A stretch of DNA of 64,000 nucleotides from Patescibacteria group bacterium (GTDB lineage: Bacteria; Patescibacteriota; Patescibacteriia; Veblenbacterales; UBA10138), in assembly GCA_018817715.1 (NCBI GenBank), contig JAHITT010000006.1, positions 11,147-75,146 on the forward strand. The letters run 5' to 3'. A program made the translations under genes and the position numbers. Shown piece after piece: positions 10,251 to 20,386 of this stretch. The notes below the pieces were generated by a model, which had not been told where the DNA came from, searched no databases, and worked only from the letters and a program-made list of their open reading frames with translations. Positions within the stretch are counted from its first letter, which is position 1. Each line of letters begins with the position of its first letter.

Positions 10251-11297
10251 ATGTTTAATTATCCAAGAAATTTTTTTTATCTGTTTTTATTTATATGTTT
10301 GTTGTTAGGTGGCGCTTCCTGCGGTTTAAAGGTTACTAGTAAGGTGTCGGGGGGTGTTTATGTTTCTGATAATCAAGGGACTAGTTGGCAGGTAAAATCT
10401 TATATTGGTAAACAAAAAAATAAGGATATAACTTTACAAAATAATAGTATTAAACAAATAATTTTTAACCAGTCGGATACTAAAATTATTTATGCTATTA
10501 GTGAGGGCAAATTAGCTGGTTTGTTTAAAACTTCTGACCAGGGAGTTAATTGGCAGGTGGTAGTAACTGGTCAATTGAACGGTTTGGCCCTGCAACCTAA
10601 AAATGACCAAGTTATTTATGCTATTTCGGATAGTAAGGTGGCTCGCAGTAAGGATGGGGGGGAGGCTTGGGTGGAGGTTTATTTAGAAACAACTAAAGAC
10701 GTTAAACTTAATCAAATAGCCGTTGATAGTTTTAATCCAGAGGTAGTTTATGTAGGAAACGACAAAGGAGTAATTTTGCTTAGCCAAGATCAAGGGACTA
10801 GTTGGCAGCAGGTTCATTATTTAACTGGTGGTTTAGCCCACTTGATTGTAAAAAATAATATTATTTATGCTTCTCAGCCATCGGGCAAGTTGTGGCGTTC
10901 TTATGACCGGGGAAAGAATTGGGAAGATTTAACAACTAATCTGCGCCGAGAAATAAAAGGTAATTTAGGTTCAGCTCGGGCTTTAGTTTTTTTACCCGAG
11001 TCTGATAAAGCTTTACTTTATGCTACTAACTATGGTTTAAGTCGTAGTTTAGATGGTGGGCAAAATTGGGACAACCTTAAATTGGTTACTTCGTCTGGTA
11101 GTATTGCTATAACTGCTTTGGCCGTTGGGCCTTTGAACGGCCGACAGATATATTACACCAGTGATCAGGCTTTTTATCGCTCCAGTGATGCTGGTGTAAC
11201 TTGGGAAACTTTAGCTTTGCCCATTAGCGCCCGACCTTTGAATTTAGCAGTTTCGCCCCAGAATAATAATTTAATATTTATGGGTTTTAATCGTTAA
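10251..11297 (+). CDS. secreted BNR/Asp-box repeat protein (Ycf48/sialidase-like beta-propeller)
   Basis: N-terminal signal peptide with a Cys (possible lipoprotein). At least 7 Asp-box repeats S-x-D-x-G-x-(T/S)-W (DQGTSWQ, DQGVNWQ, DGGEAWV, DQGTSWQ, DRGKNWE, DGGQNWD, DAGVTWE). Confidence 0.6.
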   Translation: MFNYPRNFFYLFLFICLLLGGASCGLKVTSKVSGGVYVSDNQGTSWQVKSYIGKQKNKDITLQNNSIKQIIFNQSDTKIIYAISEGKLAGLFKTSDQGVNWQVVVTGQLNGLALQPKNDQVIYAISDSKVARSKDGGEAWVEVYLETTKDVKLNQIAVDSFNPEVVYVGNDKGVILLSQDQGTSWQQVHYLTGGLAHLIVKNNIIYASQPSGKLWRSYDRGKNWEDLTTNLRREIKGNLGSARALVFLPESDKALLYATNYGLSRSLDGGQNWDNLKLVTSSGSIAITALAVGPLNGRQIYYTSDQAFYRSSDAGVTWETLALPISARPLNLAVSPQNNNLIFMGFNR

Positions 11298-11307
11298 TTA
11301 TTTATTT

Positions 11308-11862
11308 ATGTCGTTATCAGTTAGTAATTATTTGATAGATTTTGATAAGGTAGTAGAACATTTTAAACAGGAATTAAAATTAATAAGATCGGGCCGAGCT
11401 ATGCCGACTTTGGTAGAAAATATTAAAGTGGAAGCTTATGGAACTTTGACCCCTTTAATAGAATTAGCTTCTATTTCCGCGCCGGAACCTAAATTAATAG
11501 TTATACAACCTTGGGATAAAAGTATTATAAAAGAAGTTGAGAGAAGTTTGCAGTCGGCTAATTTGGGAGCCTCGCCGGTAATTGATGGAGCAATAATTAG
11601 ACTTAATTTTCCACCACTTAATGAAGAAAGGCGCCGGGAAATTGTTAAGTTATTAAATGGTAAATTAGAAGAGGCTAAGGTTGGTGTACGCAATACTCGG
11701 GAACAGGTTTTAAAAGATTTTAAAGCAGCCAAGACTGAAGGTACAGCCACGGAGGATGATTGGTTCCTCGCCCAAAAAGAATTACAAAAAACTGTTGATG
11801 ATTATAATGATAAATTAAAAAATTTATCAGCCGACAAAGAAAAGGAAGTAATGACTATTTAA
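11308..11862 (+). CDS. frr: ribosome recycling factor
   Basis: 184 aa. N-terminal region and VPRLSEERRRE-like motif (NFPPLNEERRREIVK) are characteristic of RRF. Confidence 0.85.
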   Translation: MSLSVSNYLIDFDKVVEHFKQELKLIRSGRAMPTLVENIKVEAYGTLTPLIELASISAPEPKLIVIQPWDKSIIKEVERSLQSANLGASPVIDGAIIRLNFPPLNEERRREIVKLLNGKLEEAKVGVRNTREQVLKDFKAAKTEGTATEDDWFLAQKELQKTVDDYNDKLKNLSADKEKEVMTI

Positions 11863-11902
11863 AAAATATTAAAAATTTTAATCGTTAATTATTGTTTATT
11901 TC

Positions 11903-13021
11903 ATGTTGATTACAATTATCGCCGTTATTGGTTTGTTTGCTTTATTGGTTTTGGCACATGAGTGGGGGCATTATATAGCGGCTCGGCGCTTAGGTGTTAA
12001 AGTTACCGAGTTTGGTTTTGGTTTTCCGCCTCGTCTGTGGGCTTACCGGGACAAGGCTCGGCAAATGGACTGGTCTATAAATTTATTGCCTTTGGGTGGT
12101 TTTGTACGCATCAAAGGGGAAGGTGGTGATTTTCGCGAAGAAGTTGATAGTTTTTCTAATCAACCAGCTTGGCGGAGGATAATTATTTTGGTGGCTGGTG
12201 TGGCAATGAATATAATTTTAGCTTATGGGTTGTTAACAGCCGGTTTGATGATTGGCTTACCAACTGCTTTAGAACAAACAGATTTAACCAGTGCTCGGGA
12301 TATTAAAGTACAAATTGTTTCCGTAGAGCCCAATTCAGCGGCTGCTCAAGCTGGTTTACGGCCTGGTGACGCCATTTTACGTGTAGGAGATACTTTGGTA
12401 ACCCAAACAGCCCAGGTGACGGATTACGTGGCTTCTCATAGCAATAGTTCTTTTGAGATTTTTTATCAAAGAGGCGATCAGGAAAAATTAGTATCCATCC
12501 AGCCCCAGGTTTTGGATCAAGCGGTTGGTCGGCCGGTTTTGGGCGTTAGCTTGCTGACGACTGGTACGGTGGCTTATCCGTGGTACCAGGCTTTGTGGCG
12601 GGGCGGACAGGCTACTTATTATTTAACTAGGGAAATAGTTTTTGGTTTTGGGCGATTATTACACGATTTGTTTTTGGGTGGTCGGGTGCCAGCCGATATT
12701 GCTGGACCAGTCGGCATAGCGGTTTTAACCGGTCAGGTAGTGGATTTGGGTTGGATTTATTTACTACAATTTGCTGCTTTGTTATCTATCAACCTGGCTA
12801 TTATTAATATATTTCCTTTTCCAGCTTTGGATGGCGGTCGTTTGTTGTTTGTTTTAATAGAAAAAATTCGTCGTAAAGCTAATGACCAAAAAATAGAAAT
12901 GATCGTACATAACTTAGGTTTTATGTTACTAATGTTGTTGGTGATAGTTATTACTTATCGTGATGTAATGAAATTTGGCGGTGGTATTTTAAAATCTTTA
13001 GGTAGTTTTTGGGGGGCTTAG
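11903..13021 (+). CDS. rseP: RIP site-2 metalloprotease RseP-like
   Basis: HEWGH zinc motif in the first TM helix, a central PDZ-like segment, and the C-terminal NIFPFPALDGGRLL motif. Confidence 0.8.
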   Translation: MLITIIAVIGLFALLVLAHEWGHYIAARRLGVKVTEFGFGFPPRLWAYRDKARQMDWSINLLPLGGFVRIKGEGGDFREEVDSFSNQPAWRRIIILVAGVAMNIILAYGLLTAGLMIGLPTALEQTDLTSARDIKVQIVSVEPNSAAAQAGLRPGDAILRVGDTLVTQTAQVTDYVASHSNSSFEIFYQRGDQEKLVSIQPQVLDQAVGRPVLGVSLLTTGTVAYPWYQALWRGGQATYYLTREIVFGFGRLLHDLFLGGRVPADIAGPVGIAVLTGQVVDLGWIYLLQFAALLSINLAIINIFPFPALDGGRLLFVLIEKIRRKANDQKIEMIVHNLGFMLLMLLVIVITYRDVMKFGGGILKSLGSFWGA

Positions 13022-13033
13022 CAGGTATAAATT

Positions 13034-14551
13034 ATGAAAAATGATAAGTTTATTATCGCTCGGGAATACGTAGTAAGCTTATTCCCGATTTTTCAGTTAG
13101 CGGATAGTTTTGGTGATTCTATTAAAAAAATAATTGGTACTTCTATTGGTGAATTTGCTGGTCGTCTAGAAGGGCATTCTATATGGTGGATAGCCAGGGA
13201 AAAGGGTTGGTTTCTTGGTCATCAGGCAGTTGTTAGTAGAATAAAAAACAATCCCCAATGGTTTAATAACATTTTGCAGCAAATAGAACAACAAGGTGGA
13301 GCTTTAGGTAGGTTATCTAAGAATTTAGCTAAGGGTCGCCTGGATAAAATTTCTAATCGGGAATTAGCTAATCGTTACTTGAATTTTTCTCAAAAGAATA
13401 CTCATTTATACGACTTAGGTTTGGTTTGTTCTTTGTTGGATTATCAGAATAATACTTATTTAAGTGATTCGGTTAATGGTATTTTATCTAAGAAATTATT
13501 AATTAAAAATATAAGCGAAGTTTTTACTCTGCTGACCACTTCTAGCCGGTTATGGCCCGATAAAGAACAGGAATTAAAATTGGTTGGAATCTATAAAAAA
13601 ATTATAACTCGTAAAATTTTAAAAGAACTTTTATTAGCCAAGAGTAGTTCAGATTTTTTATTAGATCTTTGGAAGATTGATAAGGATATTTATCATCTTT
13701 TGGTTAAACATGGTGATCGCTATGCTTATTTGACCTATGTTTATGAGGGGCCAGCTGTTGGTTTGGATTTTTATATTGATATTATGAAGAACTGGTTACT
13801 TAATAAATTAAAACCAGTTGATCTAAAGAAAAAGCAAACTAAGGATAAAAATAAATTAATTAAGGAACAAAAAAAATTATTAAGTAAGTTAAAATTATCA
13901 GCCGAAGAATTAGTTTTGATTAAATTTGCTCAGAAGGTTTCTTTTGTTAAGCCTTATCGTCGATTATTACAAAGCCAAGCTTATTATTATTTTGAACCTG
14001 TTTTGGCAGAAGTAGCTCGTCGATTGAATTTAACTTTAAGGCAAGTTCGTTATTTATTACCTCAGGAGGTCCAGAAAGGTTTATTAGTAGGTCGAGTATC
14101 GGTTGATTTAGTTAATACTAGAATTAAATCATGTGTCTATATTAACTTTAATGGTCAGAAGAGATTATTAATTGGTCGGTCAGCAATTAATTTTTGGAAA
14201 ACTGTTAAAAAAGAGCAAGAATTTATTAATCTTAAAAAAATTAAAGGTTCAACCGCTTATCCAGGAAAAATAAGCGGCCGGGTAGTTTTAGTTAATATGC
14301 CGGCTGATATGGTTAATATGAAATTAGGTGATATTTTAGTATCTTCAGCCACTAGCCCTAATCTTATGCCAGCTATTAGAAAGGCTGGTGCCATAGTGAC
14401 TGATGAAGGTGGTATAACCTGTCATGCAGCGATAGTCAGCCGAGAATTAAAAATACCTTGTTTGATTGGCACTAAAATAGCCACCAAAGTTTTAAAAACA
14501 GGTGACAAGGTTTTAGTTAATGCTACTGCAGGCGTGGTTTATAAAAAATAA
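13034..14551 (+). CDS. PEP-utilizing-enzyme mobile (phospho-His) domain protein, paralog 1. N-terminal alpha-rich domain of unknown function.
   Basis: C-terminal about 85 aa ...PGKISGRVVLV...GDILVSSATSPNLMPAIRKAGAIVTDEGGITCHAAIVSRELKIPCLIGTK is a PF00391-type swivelling His domain. It has the same architecture as the rifampin-phosphotransferase C-terminal part. Confidence 0.8.
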   Translation: MKNDKFIIAREYVVSLFPIFQLADSFGDSIKKIIGTSIGEFAGRLEGHSIWWIAREKGWFLGHQAVVSRIKNNPQWFNNILQQIEQQGGALGRLSKNLAKGRLDKISNRELANRYLNFSQKNTHLYDLGLVCSLLDYQNNTYLSDSVNGILSKKLLIKNISEVFTLLTTSSRLWPDKEQELKLVGIYKKIITRKILKELLLAKSSSDFLLDLWKIDKDIYHLLVKHGDRYAYLTYVYEGPAVGLDFYIDIMKNWLLNKLKPVDLKKKQTKDKNKLIKEQKKLLSKLKLSAEELVLIKFAQKVSFVKPYRRLLQSQAYYYFEPVLAEVARRLNLTLRQVRYLLPQEVQKGLLVGRVSVDLVNTRIKSCVYINFNGQKRLLIGRSAINFWKTVKKEQEFINLKKIKGSTAYPGKISGRVVLVNMPADMVNMKLGDILVSSATSPNLMPAIRKAGAIVTDEGGITCHAAIVSRELKIPCLIGTKIATKVLKTGDKVLVNATAGVVYKK

Positions 14552-14553
14552 TT

Positions 14554-16101
14554 ATGGCTATTATTTGGTGTAAAAATTTTGAAATACCTAGAGTGGATTT
14601 AAATATCTGTAGTGAATCGGCTATAGGTTTTCATACCTTACAATCCAAAACAGTCGGCCGGAATATAATTAACGAATCAATTTGGGTTTTTAAAAATTTG
14701 GACAATATTGGAACATATTTTTTCAAAAGACAATTAAGAAAAATAATAGAAAAAACCTTAAGTATTATTATAAATCAACCTGGCAAAATTGATATTCTTC
14801 ACCAAAAAACTATTCTTTATAATAAAAAATATTATATTTTTGCGGAAAAAATAAGAAAATTATCCTTAAAAAAGTTAACTACTAAACAACTTTTGTCTTG
14901 GCATAAAAAGCTTTTCTATTGGCAATATTTAAGCCATGGTTATAGTTTACCTACTACCTGGTTTGTGGATTCTGATGGTGAGGATCTTACCAAACATCTT
15001 ACAAGATTAATAAAAATGCGGATTGAGGAATTAGGTTTAACTTTATCATCGGCCGTAGTTTTTAGTAAATTAACAACTCCCACCAAACAGTCTTTGGCTC
15101 AGAAGGAGGAGTTAGAATCTTTAGCTATTTTAAAGTTAATAAAGAAACATAAATCTTTGGCTAAGAAATTATCTTATTTAAAAAAAACTACGAGCCTGTT
15201 AAGTTGGCTGGAGAGCTGCCCGAAAGCGTTAAATAAAGTTATTATAAAACATTATAAAAAATGGTGTTGGTTTCCTTATACTTATTTAGGGCCCGCTTAC
15301 TCCTTAGATTATTATTTGCAGGTTTGGCAGGGATTATTAAGAGAAAGGGTAAATTCAGATAGAGAGATTGCTAAAATAATAAGCCAATCAAAAAAGGCTC
15401 AAACAAAAAGAAGCCAGTTATTAAAAATTTTGAAGCCAGGTAACCACTTAAAACACCTGTTAATCATAGCTTCTGATATTGTTTGGCTTAAGGGTTATCG
15501 TAAGGATTGTTATTATCATGGTTTTTATGTTTTGGATATCTTATTAGCGGAGATTGCCCGGCGAACTAATTTATCTTTGTTACAAGTAAAATATTTATTA
15601 CCAGAAGAGTTGCCACTTTTATTGTTAGATAATAATAAAGATTGGGCGGATCTAGCCAATCAGCGGATGAAATTTTCTGTTTTATATCATAAAGATAGCC
15701 AGGTTAAAATTTTAGTAGGTAAAAAGGCTAAACAGTTTTTAAGTAAACGAAAATTTGAAAAAATATCAATTAAAAAAACTAAAGAAATATTGGGTACCTG
15801 CGCTTGTCCGGGTCAAGTTAGTGGTCGAGTTTGCTTAGTTAATATTCCAGCTGATATGGTAAAAATGAAAAAAGGGGACATTATGGTGTCTCACACTACT
15901 TACCCTGCTTTGATACCAGCCATGAAACTAGCGGCTGGTTTAATTACAGAAGATGGTGGGGTAACTTGCCATGCGGCTATAGTAGCCAGAGAGCTACAAA
16001 TTCCTTGTGTAGTTGGTACCAAAATAGCAGCTCAAGTTTTAAAAGATGGTGATAGAGTTGAAGTTCAAGCGGAGCAGGGGATAATTAAAGTCATTAAATA
16101 A
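14554..16101 (+). CDS. PEP-utilizing mobile-domain protein, paralog 2
   Basis: Same C-terminal motif (GGVTCHAAIVARELQIPCVVGTK). It shares the internal paralog motifs Y-x-Y-x-GP and K-x-YR-x(15)-LAE-x-ARR with the neighbouring genes. 3 bp intergenic gap. Confidence 0.8.
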   Translation: MAIIWCKNFEIPRVDLNICSESAIGFHTLQSKTVGRNIINESIWVFKNLDNIGTYFFKRQLRKIIEKTLSIIINQPGKIDILHQKTILYNKKYYIFAEKIRKLSLKKLTTKQLLSWHKKLFYWQYLSHGYSLPTTWFVDSDGEDLTKHLTRLIKMRIEELGLTLSSAVVFSKLTTPTKQSLAQKEELESLAILKLIKKHKSLAKKLSYLKKTTSLLSWLESCPKALNKVIIKHYKKWCWFPYTYLGPAYSLDYYLQVWQGLLRERVNSDREIAKIISQSKKAQTKRSQLLKILKPGNHLKHLLIIASDIVWLKGYRKDCYYHGFYVLDILLAEIARRTNLSLLQVKYLLPEELPLLLLDNNKDWADLANQRMKFSVLYHKDSQVKILVGKKAKQFLSKRKFEKISIKKTKEILGTCACPGQVSGRVCLVNIPADMVKMKKGDIMVSHTTYPALIPAMKLAAGLITEDGGVTCHAAIVARELQIPCVVGTKIAAQVLKDGDRVEVQAEQGIIKVIK

Positions 16102-16105
16102 AGAT

Positions 16106-17632
16106 ATGGCTAAATCTAAAATAAATTGGTTTTTGATAAATGAAAATTATGGGGCTAATTTATGTCCTTATATTTTTCATTTTGATGCTGATTATCACTT
16201 ATTCAAAAAAATATTGGGTCGGGGTATGAATTATCAAGGAGTAGGCACGGCCAAAGGTTTTTTGCGTCAAACTTATGATTTAACAGATTATAATAATTTT
16301 GCTGCTTTTGTATTTTTAAAATTAAAAAATGACAAAAAGTTTGCCCGAAAAATGCTTAAGAATATTTTTAAGGTCACTGGAAGTTTTCTTAAATTTAACA
16401 GGGAACTTTTGTCTCAAGATTTAAAAGATCTTACCGCCAGACAGTTAGTTGGTTTATTTAGAAAATTTTATGATAAGTTTGGCTTAATGAGTGCTTGGAG
16501 CGTGCCATTTGCTTTTACTGAGTACGGTACACCTTTATGGTCTAACAGTTTGTTAGAATATATTAACAGTAAAAAATTGTCGGTTGGAATGAGCGTTCAA
16601 GAAGTTTATCAATTATTAGTAGATACCAATAAAAAAACCTTTACAGCTTTAGAAAAAGAAAGTCTGTTAAGGTTAGCGACTATGGTAGTTAAGTCAAAAG
16701 GACTTAAAAAAGTTTTTAATCAGCCCATAAGCCAGATGAAGAAAATTTTGCAATCTGATTATCCATTATTTTATAAATACTTACACACCCATTATGTTAG
16801 TTTTAAATGGATAAATTTTGGCTTCGAAGGGCCAGTTTTAGATGAATTTTATTTTTTATCAGTTATTAAGGACTGGGTTTTTAATAAGAAGCCAGTTGAA
16901 GAGACAGTCAAGCGCAAAAAATACTTAGCTAGCTTAAAAAGTCGGCAGAATCAATTAATCAAAAAATTAAATATAGACAAAGAACATCAGTGGATGCTTT
17001 GGGTGGTTAGGGAATTTAGTTATCAGAAGGCTTATCGTAAAGATGTAGAATATCACAGCTATTATACTTATGATTTTTTATTAGCCGAATTAGCCAGACG
17101 TTTTGGTATGGCGGTTGATCAGGCACATTATTTATTAATGCCAGAAATAAAGGATATCTTATTGGGTAAGAAAAAAGTTAACATTAATGAACTTAATAAA
17201 AGGATGGAAAATAATTTTTATGTAGTTGTAAAAGGTAAGCCTAAATTGTTAGTTGGTCAGTCGGCGGCTAGGTTTGTTAAATTAATAAAAAAAAGAGATA
17301 AATCTAATAATACTAACAATTTATCTGGGCAATGTGCTTGTCCGGGTAAATATAAGGGAAGAATAAAAGTTATAAAAAATAAATCGGATTATACTAAGTT
17401 TAAAAAAGGTGATATTTTGGTAAGTTATGCCACTAATCCTAACATGGTGTCTTTAATGAAAATGGCTGGAGCTATAATAACGGACGAAGGTGGTGTCACC
17501 TGCCACGCCGCCATTGTTTCCAGAGAGTTGGGAGTTCCTTGTGTAATAGGCACCAGATTTGCCACCCAGGTTTTTAAGGATAATGATTTGGTGGAGGTGG
17601 ATGCCGTTAAGGGTACTGTTAAGAAAATTTAA
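16106..17632 (+). CDS. PEP-utilizing mobile-domain protein, paralog 3
   Basis: GGVTCHAAIVSRELGVPCVIGTR C-terminus and paralog motifs (FGFEGP, KAYRKD...LAELARR). Confidence 0.8.
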   Translation: MAKSKINWFLINENYGANLCPYIFHFDADYHLFKKILGRGMNYQGVGTAKGFLRQTYDLTDYNNFAAFVFLKLKNDKKFARKMLKNIFKVTGSFLKFNRELLSQDLKDLTARQLVGLFRKFYDKFGLMSAWSVPFAFTEYGTPLWSNSLLEYINSKKLSVGMSVQEVYQLLVDTNKKTFTALEKESLLRLATMVVKSKGLKKVFNQPISQMKKILQSDYPLFYKYLHTHYVSFKWINFGFEGPVLDEFYFLSVIKDWVFNKKPVEETVKRKKYLASLKSRQNQLIKKLNIDKEHQWMLWVVREFSYQKAYRKDVEYHSYYTYDFLLAELARRFGMAVDQAHYLLMPEIKDILLGKKKVNINELNKRMENNFYVVVKGKPKLLVGQSAARFVKLIKKRDKSNNTNNLSGQCACPGKYKGRIKVIKNKSDYTKFKKGDILVSYATNPNMVSLMKMAGAIITDEGGVTCHAAIVSRELGVPCVIGTRFATQVFKDNDLVEVDAVKGTVKKI

Positions 17633-17633
17633 T

Positions 17634-18848
17634 ATGCCTAAATACATAAAGCAATTAACCAGAGAGAATACTTTATTGGATAGGGCTTTTAGGACTATAG
17701 CTTATGCCAAAAGCCTTCCGGAAATAGGTCGGGCTAAAATAAAAAAAAGCCCCATAGTTGGTTTTGGTCGGGTGACTTCTTTGTATTATGATCCAGTGGA
17801 TTACAAAAAACAACAATCTATAATAATGAAAGAATTTTCTGGACAGAATATTAAGGTAATGTCCTATGAAATCATTAAGTATTTAGAGAAGGGTTATATT
17901 TGGGCCAAAAAAGTAAGTAACAACAGATTAACTAAAGCTGATTTGATTGATTTGATAAAAGATTTTAATTATTGCCACGCTCATGCCAGGGGAGCTATTG
18001 TTTATGGTTATTGGGGAGAACCAGTTATAACAAAATTATTAAAAAACAGTCTTAAAGTTAAAAAAGATAAATTAGATGAGATAGTGTCTGTTTTATCAAC
18101 TCCCCATAAAATAGCCGGCCCTTTAAACAAACTACATAAAACTTCTTCGTTTTTGTATCAAAAAAGAAACGAATTGATTAAATCTTTAAAGTTGACAGGT
18201 AGACAAAATGAATTAGTTGAGATTTTATCTTGGTTTACTTTATTTTATGAAATGGGCGAGAGGGTGTCTGGTTCTATATATAGTTTGCTTTTGAAAAAAA
18301 TTAACCAAATTTTAAAAAAAGATAAAATATATAAGGATATTGATTGGTACGATCCTCAATCTTTAATTACATATTTATCTAAAGGGAAAGCATTATCAAA
18401 GAAGGAATTAAGTAGCAGAAAAGTTTGTTATATATTATTTGTTAAAAAGGATGGGCTAAGAGTTATCAGCGGGCAGTCCGCTTTAAGACAATATAATAAA
18501 ATTTTCAAAGAAAAATTTAATACTAACGTTAGTTTGTTAAAAGGCACAGTGGCTTGCGCTGGCAATGCTAAAGGAAAAATTAAAATAGTGATAACCAAAC
18601 AAGATCAAGCGAAATTTAAACCAGGTGATATTTTAATTTCTACTATGACCACACCTAATTTAATGGGTGCCGTTAAAAAGGCTGCGGCTATAGTAACCGA
18701 TGAGGGTGGTATGACTGCTCACGCTGCCATAATTAGCCGAGAATTAAATATTCCTTGTTTGGTAGGTACTAAAGTAGCTACCAAAGTGTTTAAAGATGGA
18801 GATTTGGTGGAAGTAGATGCTAATAATGGTATAATTAAGAAAATTTAG
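17634..18848 (+). CDS. PEP-utilizing mobile-domain protein, paralog 4 (shorter, most divergent)
   Basis: The ATG at 17634 lies 2 nt after the paralog 3 stop, whereas the track ORF starts inside the upstream gene. C-terminus GGMTAHAAIISRELNIPCLVGTK. The N-domain is about 100 aa shorter than in the other paralogs. Confidence 0.7.
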   Translation: MPKYIKQLTRENTLLDRAFRTIAYAKSLPEIGRAKIKKSPIVGFGRVTSLYYDPVDYKKQQSIIMKEFSGQNIKVMSYEIIKYLEKGYIWAKKVSNNRLTKADLIDLIKDFNYCHAHARGAIVYGYWGEPVITKLLKNSLKVKKDKLDEIVSVLSTPHKIAGPLNKLHKTSSFLYQKRNELIKSLKLTGRQNELVEILSWFTLFYEMGERVSGSIYSLLLKKINQILKKDKIYKDIDWYDPQSLITYLSKGKALSKKELSSRKVCYILFVKKDGLRVISGQSALRQYNKIFKEKFNTNVSLLKGTVACAGNAKGKIKIVITKQDQAKFKPGDILISTMTTPNLMGAVKKAAAIVTDEGGMTAHAAIISRELNIPCLVGTKVATKVFKDGDLVEVDANNGIIKKI

Positions 18849-18852
18849 TCTT

Positions 18853-20379
18853 ATGTCTAAAAAATCATTAAACAATAAAGATGTTTGGATGTTGGCCGAA
18901 GATATTCCGGATATAGATTTATTTTTTGCTCAAATTTGGTTGTCGGCTTTTGTTAATGATATGTCTAAGTCAGTCGGGACTAATTATCAAGAAGTGATGT
19001 GTGTGTTTAAGGGTACCAACATCAAGTTTTATTATAAACAAAAAGACTCAGAAAGGTTTTCTAATCATGTTTTTAATTTAATTAAAAAAAGTCCGGCCTT
19101 TGGAGAAAAAATTAACAAACAAATCAAATTACATACGGATGGGTTGGTGGCTTTGGCGGAAGAAGTCAGGAAAATTAATCTTAAAAAATTAACTAATAAA
19201 GAATTGTGGCAGATTTGGCAAAAACATGATGATATCCATACAGAACTTTATATTTGGGGTTGGTTACCTAATGTTACAGATATGTTTCATAGTAACTTCA
19301 CTCATTATCTGCAATCTTATTTAAACAGTTGTGGGGTTGAAGAAGATTTAATTAATGAATATTTGGTAGTATTAACTAATCCTTCGGCCAAAAGCGTTAT
19401 AAATCAGGAAAGGGAGGAATTCTTAAAATTAGTTGAAGAAATAAAAAAGGTTAAGGCTTTTAAAAAACTTCTTAAATTATCGCCAAGCCAGTTTATAAAA
19501 AAATTACCACTTAGTCGCCGGGTGTTGCTACAGCGCCATTGGGAAAAGTGGCATCATTTAAAATATAATTTTATTGGACCTAAAGTAACAACCTTGGAAG
19601 AATATGCTGAAGAGATACAAAAATTATTATTAAGCGGGATTAATCCTTATAATTTATTAAAGCAAGAAGTAGAAAAAAGAGTTTTGTCTGTTAAAGAAAA
19701 AAATAAATTATTGGCTAAAATTAAACCAGATAAAAAGCATCTGGCCTTGTTTGAATTATGGGGCCATTTTATGTTGACTAAATTTTATAGGCGAAATGGT
19801 CAAATAAGAGCTGTAGCCATATTTAATAATTTATTAAAAGAAACAGCTAGAAGATTGGGTATTTCTTTATTACAAGTTAGGTTGATGTTGAATAGTCAGG
19901 TTAAACAAGGATTGCTTAATAAGAAGGTTAATAAAAAAACGCTTAAAAAACAGAGTCAGTTGGCTGTTTATTGGAGTGCTAAAAACCGGGAATATTTATA
20001 TATTGGAAATAAAGCACAAAAATTTATTAAGACTATACCGCAGGATGGTAATCATGAGGTCGCCGAGCTTAAAGGGCAGTGTGGTAGTTTAGGTAAAGCT
20101 AGTGGTACAGTTAAGTTAATTTTTAGACCGCGTGATATTCCTAAAATGTCTAAAGGCGACATATTGGTTTCGGCGGCTACTGATCCTGATATTGTGCCGG
20201 CTATGAAATTGGCGGGGGCTATTGTAACGGATCAAGGTGGTGTTACAGCTCATGCCGCCATTGTGGCGCGGGAATTAGGTATTCCGTGTTTAATTGGTAC
20301 CAAAATAGCCACTAAAGTTTTTAAAGATGGAGATAGGGTAGAGGTAGACGCTACCAAAGGGGTGGTTAAAAAGTTATAA
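18853..20379 (+). CDS. PEP-utilizing mobile-domain protein, paralog 5
   Basis: GGVTAHAAIVARELGIPCLIGTK C-terminus. Paralog motifs HLKYNFIGP and KFYRRN...LKETARRLG. Confidence 0.8.
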   Translation: MSKKSLNNKDVWMLAEDIPDIDLFFAQIWLSAFVNDMSKSVGTNYQEVMCVFKGTNIKFYYKQKDSERFSNHVFNLIKKSPAFGEKINKQIKLHTDGLVALAEEVRKINLKKLTNKELWQIWQKHDDIHTELYIWGWLPNVTDMFHSNFTHYLQSYLNSCGVEEDLINEYLVVLTNPSAKSVINQEREEFLKLVEEIKKVKAFKKLLKLSPSQFIKKLPLSRRVLLQRHWEKWHHLKYNFIGPKVTTLEEYAEEIQKLLLSGINPYNLLKQEVEKRVLSVKEKNKLLAKIKPDKKHLALFELWGHFMLTKFYRRNGQIRAVAIFNNLLKETARRLGISLLQVRLMLNSQVKQGLLNKKVNKKTLKKQSQLAVYWSAKNREYLYIGNKAQKFIKTIPQDGNHEVAELKGQCGSLGKASGTVKLIFRPRDIPKMSKGDILVSAATDPDIVPAMKLAGAIVTDQGGVTAHAAIVARELGIPCLIGTKIATKVFKDGDRVEVDATKGVVKKL

Positions 20380-20386
20380 TTTATTT

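Noticed and set aside
13800-13900. Lys-rich low-complexity stretches (KKKQTKDKNKLIKEQKKLLSKLKL and similar) inside the paralog genes that superficially look like DNA repeats (AAA/AAG runs)
   Set aside because: They are codon-level consequences of Lys-rich linker segments, not tandem DNA repeats or CRISPR-like arrays. Periodicity is irregular and the copies are not identical.
17559-17633. The track's 5' extension of paralog 4 (MPPRFLRIMIWWRW...), overlapping the end of paralog 3. The extended starts of paralog 7 (21903) and paralog 8 (24021) are similar cases.
   Set aside because: An in-frame ATG sits 2-26 nt after the upstream stop and matches the spacing seen between the other paralogs. The extensions overlap upstream coding sequence and encode implausible W/R-rich or hydrophobic peptides.
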